Assembly: GCA_944324865.1 (NCBI GenBank)
Contig: CALUXW010000004.1
Span: 7,378-71,377 of the forward strand
Source of the DNA: Candidatus Gastranaerophilales bacterium
Lineage (GTDB): Bacteria; Cyanobacteriota; Vampirovibrionia; Gastranaerophilales; Gastranaerophilaceae
Length of the DNA: 64,000 nucleotides
Reading direction: 5' to 3'
Each line of letters begins with the position of its first letter. The stretch's first letter is position 1. Position numbers and translations under genes: made by a program. Positions 27,894-36,304 of the stretch are shown here, in pieces. A model generated the notes under the pieces. It saw nothing but the letters and a program-made list of their open reading frames with translations. It was not told the origin of the DNA and did not search any database.

Positions 27894-29465
27894 ATGAAAG
27901 AGATTAACAACAATTTGCACAGCTCGTGCGAAGAAAAATTTGAAGTCGGAGCAATAAGTAAGTTTGTTAAAAACCTATTTAAGATAAAAAATCCTGACGA
28001 AATGATTGAAAATGCCAACAATGGAGGCCTGGAAAAAACTCTTGGCGCATTCGACCTTATAATACTTGGTGTCGGCGCAATAATAGGTTCGGGAATTTTT
28101 ACAGTTGTGGGTATAGCAGCCGCAGGTTCACCCGAAAGCGCAGGAGCAGGCCCAGCACTTGTATTGTCTATGGTTCTAGCTTCACTTGCTTGTGTATTTT
28201 CAGCGATGTGTTACAGCGAATTTGCCTCTATGATACCCGCCGCAGGTTCTGCATATTTATATACATATGCTACCATGGGAGAGTTTCTTGCCTGGATAGT
28301 GGGCTGGGTTTTAATACTTGAATATTTAGTAGGATATATTGCAGTAGCAAGTGCTTGGACAGGCTATTTAATCCAGTTTTTAAAGGGTTTTCCGTTTTTG
28401 CCAAAGTTAATAACAAACCCACCTGTATGGTTGGTAAACGACTATGGAAGCGCAATTAATATATTATCTAAGCAAGGGATAGACCCCTCTGGAGTAATTC
28501 CCTCATTTGCAGGACTTCCCATTTGTTTTAATTTGCCTGCAGTGCTAATAACAATATTTATGGCAGCAATTTTAATTAAAGGCATTAAAGAATCAACCAA
28601 TATGGCAGGAATAATGGTTATAATTAAGCTTGCCGTAATTGCATTATTTATTTTCACAGGCGCCTTTTATATAAAACCTGAAAACTGGGTACCTTTTGCA
28701 CCAAACGGTTTTGAAGGTATTTTTATGGGTGCTTTTATTATTTTCTTTGCCTACATTGGATTTGATGCTATTGCAACAGCAGCCGAAGAAACTAAAAATC
28801 CGCAAAAAAACCTTCCCATAGGCATCATCGGATCACTTGCAACTTGTACCATAGTATATGTTTTAGTAGGACTTGTACTTACAGGTATGGTACCAATCAA
28901 TCAAATAGATACACATGCGCCTATAGCCCATGCAATGCGACTTGTAGGACAAGACTGGGTAGCAGGACTAATCTCTTTAGGGGCGTTAACAGGGTTAACT
29001 TCTGTACTTTTGGTATTAATGCTTGCAGGGACAAGAATTTTATTTGCAATGAGCAGAGATAATTATCTTCCATCAATTTTAAAATCGGTTCACAAAAAAT
29101 ATAAAACACCGCATATAATAACAATTATAACGGCAATAATATGTATGCTAGGTACTATATTTTTAAACATTTCAACAGCTGCTGAACTATGTAATTTTGG
29201 AACATTTACATCTTTTATAATAGTATGTATTGCAGTTTTGATTTTAAGAAAAACCGACCCTAACAGAAAAAGACCTTTTAAAGTGCCATTTTCACCTTTT
29301 TTTCCTATTCTTGGAGTAATTTGTTGCGGAGGTTTAATGGTTTACTCTATGCAATTTCTAACTACATCCAGAATACTTTTTCCTATTTGGTTGTTAATTG
29401 GAATTTTAATTTATTTTACATACGGCTATAGAAATCAAAGAAAAACAGAAAATAATGGAAAATAA
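27894..29465 (+). CDS. APC-superfamily amino acid permease (cationic amino acid transporter-like), copy 1
   Basis: 12-14 TM segments, GAIIGSGIF motif, FAYIGFDAIATAAEETKNPQK signature and a C-terminal AA_permease_C-like region. Confidence 0.9.
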   Translation: MKEINNNLHSSCEEKFEVGAISKFVKNLFKIKNPDEMIENANNGGLEKTLGAFDLIILGVGAIIGSGIFTVVGIAAAGSPESAGAGPALVLSMVLASLACVFSAMCYSEFASMIPAAGSAYLYTYATMGEFLAWIVGWVLILEYLVGYIAVASAWTGYLIQFLKGFPFLPKLITNPPVWLVNDYGSAINILSKQGIDPSGVIPSFAGLPICFNLPAVLITIFMAAILIKGIKESTNMAGIMVIIKLAVIALFIFTGAFYIKPENWVPFAPNGFEGIFMGAFIIFFAYIGFDAIATAAEETKNPQKNLPIGIIGSLATCTIVYVLVGLVLTGMVPINQIDTHAPIAHAMRLVGQDWVAGLISLGALTGLTSVLLVLMLAGTRILFAMSRDNYLPSILKSVHKKYKTPHIITIITAIICMLGTIFLNISTAAELCNFGTFTSFIIVCIAVLILRKTDPNRKRPFKVPFSPFFPILGVICCGGLMVYSMQFLTTSRILFPIWLLIGILIYFTYGYRNQRKTENNGK

Positions 29466-30996
29466 TGCATTAAAATATAAATATAGAAATTTTATTAATA
29501 ATTTACTAGAGAAAAAATCTACGGACGAAGTTATTGAAACTGCAAAAAAATCTGAACTAAAAAAAACTCTTGGTGCATTTGATTTAATAATTTTAGGCAT
29601 AGGTGCGGTTGTAGGCACAGGTATTTTTACAATAGTAGGTAGTGCAATTGTTGGAGGTCCGGAAGGTGCAGGTGCAGGACCTGCGATTATATTATCAATG
29701 GTATTAGCTGCCATTGCAAGTATTTTTTCTGCATTGTGCTACTCGGAAATTGCTGCAATGATACCGATTGCAGGTTCTGCATATACATACACATATGTCA
29801 CCATGGGTGAATTTATGGCATGGATCGTTGGGTGGATTTTGATGCTTGAATATGCAATTGGCAACATAACAATAGCAAGTGCCTGGAGTGGTTATTTTGC
29901 ACAGTTTTTAAAAGGTTTTAAACATATTCTACCACCTTTTATTACAAATTTTCCAATTTGGCTAAGAAATGATTATAGATCAATCAGCATAATGTGTGAT
30001 AGGTTTGACCTTGATATCCATGACAAAATTCCATTTTTATTTGATAAAATTCCTGTTGCAATAAATCTGCCTGCAATATTCATTGTAGTCTTTTTAACAT
30101 TAATTTTAATAAAAGGCGTAAAAGAATCAACACGTTTTGCAGGTATAATGGTTGCAATAAATATTTTCATAATCTCAACTTTCATTTTAGTGGGTGCACA
30201 TTATGTACAACCTCAAAACTGGACACCATTTATGCCAAATGGTTTTGAAGGTGTATTTATGGGTGCTTTTTTAATTTTCTTTGCATACATTGGTTTTGAT
30301 GCAATTTCAACAACTGCAGAAGAAACAAAAAATCCGCAAAAAGACATACCTATAGGTATTTTAGGCACGCTAGCAATTTGTACAGCATTATATATTGGGG
30401 TGGCACTTGTTCTAACAGGAATGGTTCCGTTTAAATTAATAGATATTCAAGCACCCATAGCACATGCAATGCATTATGTTGGTAAAGACTGGTTTGCAGG
30501 TTTTATTTCCGCAGGGGCAATTGCGGGATTAACATCAGTATTGCTGGTTTATCAACTTGGAACAGTAAGAATACTTTACGCTATGAGTCGAGACAAATTT
30601 TTACCACGCTCACTCAGAATTGTAAACAGAAAAACAAGAATACCAAATTTATTAACTTGGATTTGTGGTTTTGTTGTTATAATCGGGTCCTTGTTTATGG
30701 ACCTAAATATATCTGCAGAACTTTGCAATTTTGGAACATTCACATCGTTTATTATTATTTGTATTATTGTTTTAATACTCAGAAAAACGGATCCTGACAG
30801 AAAAAGACCATTTAGGGTGCCTTTTGTACCATTATTTCCCATACTTGGAATAGTTTTCTGTGCAGGTTTAATTATATACTCATTAAAAACATTAAAAACA
30901 TCTTCAATGCTTTTTCCTGCTTGGATAGCAATAGGCATAATTATTTACTTTGTATATGGCTATCCGGCCCACAGGGACAAAAACAGAAAAAAATAA
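29455..30996 (+). CDS. APC-superfamily amino acid permease, copy 2 (tandem paralogue)
   Basis: Same signatures (GAVVGTGIF, FAYIGFDAISTTAEETKNPQK). Collinear with copy 1 and overlaps it by 11 nt. Confidence 0.9.
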   Translation: MENNALKYKYRNFINNLLEKKSTDEVIETAKKSELKKTLGAFDLIILGIGAVVGTGIFTIVGSAIVGGPEGAGAGPAIILSMVLAAIASIFSALCYSEIAAMIPIAGSAYTYTYVTMGEFMAWIVGWILMLEYAIGNITIASAWSGYFAQFLKGFKHILPPFITNFPIWLRNDYRSISIMCDRFDLDIHDKIPFLFDKIPVAINLPAIFIVVFLTLILIKGVKESTRFAGIMVAINIFIISTFILVGAHYVQPQNWTPFMPNGFEGVFMGAFLIFFAYIGFDAISTTAEETKNPQKDIPIGILGTLAICTALYIGVALVLTGMVPFKLIDIQAPIAHAMHYVGKDWFAGFISAGAIAGLTSVLLVYQLGTVRILYAMSRDKFLPRSLRIVNRKTRIPNLLTWICGFVVIIGSLFMDLNISAELCNFGTFTSFIIICIIVLILRKTDPDRKRPFRVPFVPLFPILGIVFCAGLIIYSLKTLKTSSMLFPAWIAIGIIIYFVYGYPAHRDKNRKK

Positions 30997-31036
30997 CTCC
31001 CTTCTGCAGGGAGTAGTCTAACTTCTTTGACTTATG

Positions 31037-32320
31037 CTAAGTTTTTAGCTTGACAAGTGCATCCACCACAACAGGATCCCACTTTATGCCACTTTCACTT
31101 TTTAAAATCTCAATAGCTTCTTTTGGACTATGAGCTTTTCTTTGCGGTCTTTCTTCCAATAATGCACAATAAGCATCAGCAACGGAAATAATCCTCGAAC
31201 CAAAAGGTATGGAATTTCCATTTAGACCTTCCGGTGCACCTTGACCATTCCAACGTTCACGTTGATAGTGAATATAAGGAACAACTTCCGACATAAAATT
31301 AATATTCATAAGCAAACTTACACCTGCATTAGGGTGATCTTGCAATTTTTCCCATTCTTCTTTTGTAAGTTCGTCTTTTTTACAAAACAACTCATCACTA
31401 AGAGTAATTTTGCCTATATTTTGCAAAAGCCCTGCATAATATATCAAATCTGTTGTCTTTTCATTAAGCTCGAGATAGTGACATATCTCTTTCGAAAGTT
31501 CCGCAGTGCGCCTAGAATGATTATTCTCGTATTTACCTTTGCAATCCACGGCATATGCGAGTTTTTCAACAAAAGCTTGCTGCTGATCACCTAAATCGCC
31601 AATAATTGCCGTTAATTGTGCTCTTAAATTTTGCAACTCCGATGTAGAAACAATTTTTTGTGCAATTAGCCTATTTACTTCATCTATTAACTTTTGTAAT
31701 CCTAAAGATGTTACAAATAGACCTGCCGTAATTTTAATAAGTTGTGCGAATTGTTGCTCTAAGGGCTTATCTGACTTTCTTACAATCTCAATTGAGCCTA
31801 TACACTCGAAATTATTTTTCATCGGAAAAACGCTTATCTGCTTATCATCTTTTTCAAATACGACGTCTTTTTCTTCTTTGTGGCAATTTAAAATATATTC
31901 TTCTACCTTATTGTCAATTTTATCATCGCTATTGCCACGGAGTTTTAGCTCTTCACCTTTGTTGCACAAATAAATATTACACTCCTCAAGGGAGAGCATA
32001 AGTTTTATTGTCTTTGCAATAGAATTATAAATAACATAATCTTCGTTATTTTTAAAACCTAGCAGCAAAAGAGTATTGTCAATAGAATAAATAGAAACAA
32101 GCTCTCGCAGCTGTTCTTTTAAACTTTCATTTTTATCTCTTACTTTGTCGCCAATTTTATGTGCTAATTCCGGATTAATTAAATGTTCGGTTAAAAAATC
32201 ACCTAAATTAAGCGCAAAAATTTCCTCAAGAGGGTCATCATCAAGTAAATTTATTGAACGTGAATAAATTGAAACACCCGTATCTTGCCCTTCACTTTTA
32301 TGGTTTCTAAAGTTTTCCAT
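31037..32320 (-). CDS. GAF-like plus HD-GYP-family domain protein with degenerate catalytic residues
   Basis: The C-terminal 170 aa follow the HD-GYP layout (HSRRTAELS..., LLQNIGKI, HPNAGV, HYQRERWNGQGAPEGL, VADAYCAL). However, HD is replaced by QN and GYP by GAP. Confidence 0.75.
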   Translation of the reverse strand: MENFRNHKSEGQDTGVSIYSRSINLLDDDPLEEIFALNLGDFLTEHLINPELAHKIGDKVRDKNESLKEQLRELVSIYSIDNTLLLLGFKNNEDYVIYNSIAKTIKLMLSLEECNIYLCNKGEELKLRGNSDDKIDNKVEEYILNCHKEEKDVVFEKDDKQISVFPMKNNFECIGSIEIVRKSDKPLEQQFAQLIKITAGLFVTSLGLQKLIDEVNRLIAQKIVSTSELQNLRAQLTAIIGDLGDQQQAFVEKLAYAVDCKGKYENNHSRRTAELSKEICHYLELNEKTTDLIYYAGLLQNIGKITLSDELFCKKDELTKEEWEKLQDHPNAGVSLLMNINFMSEVVPYIHYQRERWNGQGAPEGLNGNSIPFGSRIISVADAYCALLEERPQRKAHSPKEAIEILKSESGIKWDPVVVDALVKLKT

Positions 32321-32456
32321 ATAATTTTCCTATATGTGTTTTCTTATATTTCTAATATCGGCATACTTTAGAAAAACTTTTGCTTTTTTTACAAAATTTA
32401 TACTAAAGTTTACAATAAGATAAACTTTTAGTGGATTATGTTACAATGCTTGTGTT

Positions 32457-33554
32457 ATGGATAAGAAAATAATTGTTGAAACAAAGTATTTTAAAATTGA
32501 TAAACCAATTAAACTGGAATGCGGAAAAAATTTAAAAGAAATACAAGTAGCATATGAAACTTATGGCAGTTTAAACCAATCAAAAGATAATGCAATATTA
32601 ATTCTACATGCACTGACAGCTGATGCACATGCGGCATATTACCACTCTGAACAAGATAAAAAACCAGGATGGTGGGATACAATGATAGGCGATGGAAAAG
32701 CCTTTGATACTAAAAGATTTTTTGTAGTTTGCTCAAATGTATTAGGTGGATGCAAGGGAACAACAGGCCCATCTTCAATTAATCCGGATACGAATAGAGA
32801 ATATGCTCTCGACTTTCCTGTTATTACGGTAAACGACATGGTAAAAGTACAAAAGGAATTAATAGAACATCTTGGCATAAAAAAACTTATTGTGGTAGGT
32901 GGTTCTATGGGAGGAATGCAGGCCCTGGAATGGTCAATAGAATATCCCGATTTAGTAAAATCAACAATAATAATTGCCTGTACACCAAGATTAACTGCAC
33001 AAGGTATTGCATTTAATGCAGTTGGGAGAAATGCTATAATATCGGATAAAAATTTTAACAACGGCAACTACTACAACAGTGAACATCCTGAACAAGGCCT
33101 TAGTATAGCAAGAATGGTAGGGCACATTACATACCTTTGCGAAGAAGCGATGCATAATAAATTTGGGAGAGACTTTAAAGACAAGCCGTCATTTGATTTC
33201 GGTGTGGATTTTCAAGTAGAAAGCTACCTTGAATATCAAGGCAGAATATTTGTGGACAGGTTTGATGCAAATAGTTATCTGTATATAACAAAAGCTGTTG
33301 ATTATTATGACCCCGCAAGGAAATATGGTTCACTTGAAAAAGCTCTTATGAAAACAAATTCAAGGTTTCTGATAATTTCATTTTCGTCTGATTGGCTTTT
33401 TTCGACCGAACAAGCAAAAATAATGGTTGATGCATTAATTAAAAATAATAAGGAAGTCTCATTTGTAGAATTAAAAAGTGCATGCGGACATGATGCATTT
33501 TTAATAGAATGGGAGAAACAAACAAAAATAATAGAAAGCTTTTTGAAGGGTTAA
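32457..33554 (+). CDS. metX: homoserine O-acetyltransferase
   Basis: Alpha/beta hydrolase with the GGSMGGMQALEW nucleophile elbow, ILHALT and CGHDAFL. Followed by metW. Confidence 0.9.
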   Translation: MDKKIIVETKYFKIDKPIKLECGKNLKEIQVAYETYGSLNQSKDNAILILHALTADAHAAYYHSEQDKKPGWWDTMIGDGKAFDTKRFFVVCSNVLGGCKGTTGPSSINPDTNREYALDFPVITVNDMVKVQKELIEHLGIKKLIVVGGSMGGMQALEWSIEYPDLVKSTIIIACTPRLTAQGIAFNAVGRNAIISDKNFNNGNYYNSEHPEQGLSIARMVGHITYLCEEAMHNKFGRDFKDKPSFDFGVDFQVESYLEYQGRIFVDRFDANSYLYITKAVDYYDPARKYGSLEKALMKTNSRFLIISFSSDWLFSTEQAKIMVDALIKNNKEVSFVELKSACGHDAFLIEWEKQTKIIESFLKG

Positions 33555-33555
33555 A

Positions 33556-34146
33556 ATGCTTAATTACAAAATTATAATACAACTTGTGAAAGAAAAGTCA
33601 AAAATACTGGACCTAGGCTGTGGTTCCGGTGCGTTATTTAAAATGTTAATTGATAAAAAACAAGTAAATGGGGTAGGTGTTGAAATTAATGAAAATTGTG
33701 TAATTGAAGCATTAGAGAAAGGTCTTAGTGTTATTCAGGGAAATCTGGACGAAGGCTTAAAGCAATTCCCTGATAAAAGTTTTGACTATGCCATATTAAA
33801 CCAAACACTACAATCTACAAATAACACCGAATACGTGATTGAAGAAATGCTCAGAGTAGCGAAACGCTCAATTGTAAGTTTTCCAAATTTTGCATATTGG
33901 AAAGTCAGGTTTTATTTATTTTTTAAAGGAAAAATGCCAAAAAGCAGTGCGCTACCGTATGAATGGTATAACACGCCAAATATACACTTACTGACAATCA
34001 ATGATTTTTTTGAATTTTGTAAAAAAAGAGGAATAAAAATTGAAAAATCAGTATATTTAACAAGAAAAAAAGCCAGAAGTGGCCTACTCATAAGGACAAT
34101 AACCAATTTTTTTACAGAAGAAGCCGTTTTTGTAATTACAAAATAA
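33556..34146 (+). CDS. metW: methionine biosynthesis protein MetW
   Basis: ILDLGCGSG, FDYAILNQTLQ, VSFPNFAYWKVR and YEWYNTPNIHLLTINDF motifs, typical of MetW. Confidence 0.85.
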   Translation: MLNYKIIIQLVKEKSKILDLGCGSGALFKMLIDKKQVNGVGVEINENCVIEALEKGLSVIQGNLDEGLKQFPDKSFDYAILNQTLQSTNNTEYVIEEMLRVAKRSIVSFPNFAYWKVRFYLFFKGKMPKSSALPYEWYNTPNIHLLTINDFFEFCKKRGIKIEKSVYLTRKKARSGLLIRTITNFFTEEAVFVITK

Positions 34147-34172
34147 AAAAGGCTCCATATGGAGCCTTTTTT
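34145..34172. terminator. bidirectional Rho-independent terminator between metW and tpiA
   Basis: A6 run, ggctcc (34151-34156), atat loop, ggagcc (34161-34166), T6 run (34167-34172). Confidence 0.75.
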
Positions 34173-34177
34173 AAGCT

Positions 34178-34954
34178 TTACATAGCACCTTTTATAATTT
34201 CAACAAAACTATCAGCTTTTAGACTTGCGCCACCAACTAATGCGCCATCAATGTCAGACTGAGCCATTTGTTCTTTAATAGTTTCTGGTTTTACCGAACC
34301 ACCATATAATATTCTAACTTTTTGCGCATTCTCATTTCCTGCAATTTGAGCCAATGTAGATCTAATACCCTTAATTACACGATTAGCTTCGGCACTATCA
34401 CAAGTTTTGCCAGTACCTATGGCCCAGATAGGTTCATACGCAATTACAACATTTGCAATATCATCAGGTTTAACACCGTCTAGTGCTTTTACAATTTGGG
34501 ATGCGATGTGTGAATCTGTAACACCCAAATCACGCTGTTCTAAAGTTTCGCCACAACAAATAATCGGCGTTAATCCTGCTTCTATAATAGCTTTTGCTTT
34601 TTTATTAATTAACTCATCAGATTCGCCAAAAATTTGACGACGTTCAGAGTGTCCTATAATAATAAACTTTGCATCAAAATCTTTAATCATATCAATAGAA
34701 ACTTCACCAGTAAAAGCACCTTTGGGCTCATAGTAGCAATTTTGAGCAGCAAGTTTAATCCTGCCACAACCACACTTACATATATTTTCGCTAACAGTGT
34801 CCAAAGAAGTAAATACAGGGGCAACAACAACTTCGGGAAGCGTATCTTTATCAATATGTTGTATAGCTTCTTTAATAGCACAAACAAGCCTTGCACTTTC
34901 TTCACGATTATTGTGCATTTTCCAGTTTCCAGCGATAATTGGTCTTCTGCTCAT
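34178..34954 (-). CDS. tpiA: triose-phosphate isomerase
   Basis: IAGNWKMH, IIGHSERR, AYEPIWAIGTG and GGASL motifs. SD aaggag upstream. Confidence 0.95.
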   Translation of the reverse strand: MSRRPIIAGNWKMHNNREESARLVCAIKEAIQHIDKDTLPEVVVAPVFTSLDTVSENICKCGCGRIKLAAQNCYYEPKGAFTGEVSIDMIKDFDAKFIIIGHSERRQIFGESDELINKKAKAIIEAGLTPIICCGETLEQRDLGVTDSHIASQIVKALDGVKPDDIANVVIAYEPIWAIGTGKTCDSAEANRVIKGIRSTLAQIAGNENAQKVRILYGGSVKPETIKEQMAQSDIDGALVGGASLKADSFVEIIKGAM

Positions 34955-35069
34955 TTTTAAACTCCTTAAAATATTTTATACATATTAAATAATAACACAA
35001 AATAAACATTTTAAGAAAGTTAAATTTCACTCACTATGAACCAAGCGGGAATTTTTTCTGATGTTGTTT

Positions 35070-36296
35070 TTAACCGTAAGCGGCAAATAGGGGCATATAC
35101 AAAGATAGTGCCAAAAATAAGACAATAGCGCCAATAAATATAAGCATTGCCGGCTCTACCAGCTTCGTAAACTTGTCAATAATGCCATCAAGGCGTTGGT
35201 CAATAAATGTAGTACAGTGATGTAAAAGCTCTCCCAATCTACCTGACTGCTCACCTGTTGCAATCATAAAAGTCATCATACTGGGGATTTGATTTGATGC
35301 ACGCAATGCAACAGATAAATGCGTACCCTGTTGTACCCTGGATGTAGCCTGGAATATTGCATCTTTTAATACCAAATTATCAAGAGTCATATTTGCAAGG
35401 TATAAACAATCAACAATTGGTATACCTGCTTCATAAGCAACTTGCAAAACAGCTAGAAAATTTGAATAATTTGAAAATCTCAACAAATCAGACAACAGAG
35501 GCACTTGCAAGAAAAAAGAATCCACCGGACGCTTAGTAACATCATTTGAAAAAATATGTTTTATTGCTAGTGCCAAAAATACAACCGTAAAAATTGGTAT
35601 AAACCAAAATTTTCTGATAAATAAACCTAAAGACATACATATTTGAGTCATCAATGGCAACTCGCGTCCAAGGTTATCAAACATTTCCTGAAAAGCTGGA
35701 AAAACAAATACAAGCATGACGGTAACAACAATGCAAGCCAAAACTATTACAAAAGCAGGATAAATCAATGCTCCAATAACTTTGCTTTTAATATCATCTT
35801 GTTTTCTAAGTAATTCCAACATACGTGTAAGTGTTTTATCCAATTCACCGGAATCTTCCCCGGCTTTTACAAGACCAACATACACACGTCCAAAAATTCT
35901 CCTATGCCTTTCCAGAGTTTCGGCCAATGTTAAACCCCCAACAATGATATTCCTTCTTAACTCATGAGCAACACTTCTTATTGGTTTTGACTGAGCATTA
36001 TTCTCCAAGAAAACAAGAGTTTCGATAATAGGAATACCAGTAGAAGTAAGTATTTGCAAAGTTTGAGTAAACTCTATTTTATCCTTTAGTGAAAAAGTCC
36101 TTATTTTTTTAACAGGAATTTTTTTTGCATTATCACTTTTATCACTACTGCTCCTTGCAGAATCATCAGTAATTTTTGTGGGCAATAATCCCATTTTTTT
36201 AACAGCATCACGTGCAGATCGCGCATCAATAGCATCAATTTTACCTTTGACAATTTCTTTATTATTTTTTAAAGCAGTATATGAAAAAGTTGGCAT
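35070..36296 (-). CDS. pilC: type IV pilus platform protein (GspF/PilC family)
   Basis: Two T2SSF repeats (LLPTKI..., GEDSGELDKTL / GEQSGRLGELL) and three TM segments. 408 aa. Confidence 0.9.
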   Translation of the reverse strand: MPTFSYTALKNNKEIVKGKIDAIDARSARDAVKKMGLLPTKITDDSARSSSDKSDNAKKIPVKKIRTFSLKDKIEFTQTLQILTSTGIPIIETLVFLENNAQSKPIRSVAHELRRNIIVGGLTLAETLERHRRIFGRVYVGLVKAGEDSGELDKTLTRMLELLRKQDDIKSKVIGALIYPAFVIVLACIVVTVMLVFVFPAFQEMFDNLGRELPLMTQICMSLGLFIRKFWFIPIFTVVFLALAIKHIFSNDVTKRPVDSFFLQVPLLSDLLRFSNYSNFLAVLQVAYEAGIPIVDCLYLANMTLDNLVLKDAIFQATSRVQQGTHLSVALRASNQIPSMMTFMIATGEQSGRLGELLHHCTTFIDQRLDGIIDKFTKLVEPAMLIFIGAIVLFLALSLYMPLFAAYG

Positions 36297-36304
36297 TTAA
36301 TCCT

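Noticed and set aside
27894-30996. The tandem permeases as an assembly duplication artefact or a recent mobile insertion.
   Set aside because: The two copies are clearly diverged at the protein level outside signature blocks. There are no flanking repeats or mobility genes.
30996-31014. Hairpin actccc-N7-gggagt between permease 2 and the HD-GYP gene, considered as a terminator.
   Set aside because: It is a 6-bp stem with no U-tract on either side. It is possibly functional but too weak to call as a feature.
32321-32456. SAM riboswitch upstream of metX, T-box upstream of glyQ (26904-26998), and lysine riboswitch for lysC.
   Set aside because: The spacers are 136 and 95 nt of AT-rich DNA with no GC-rich helices or conserved boxes. 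lysC is internal to an operon and has no leader.
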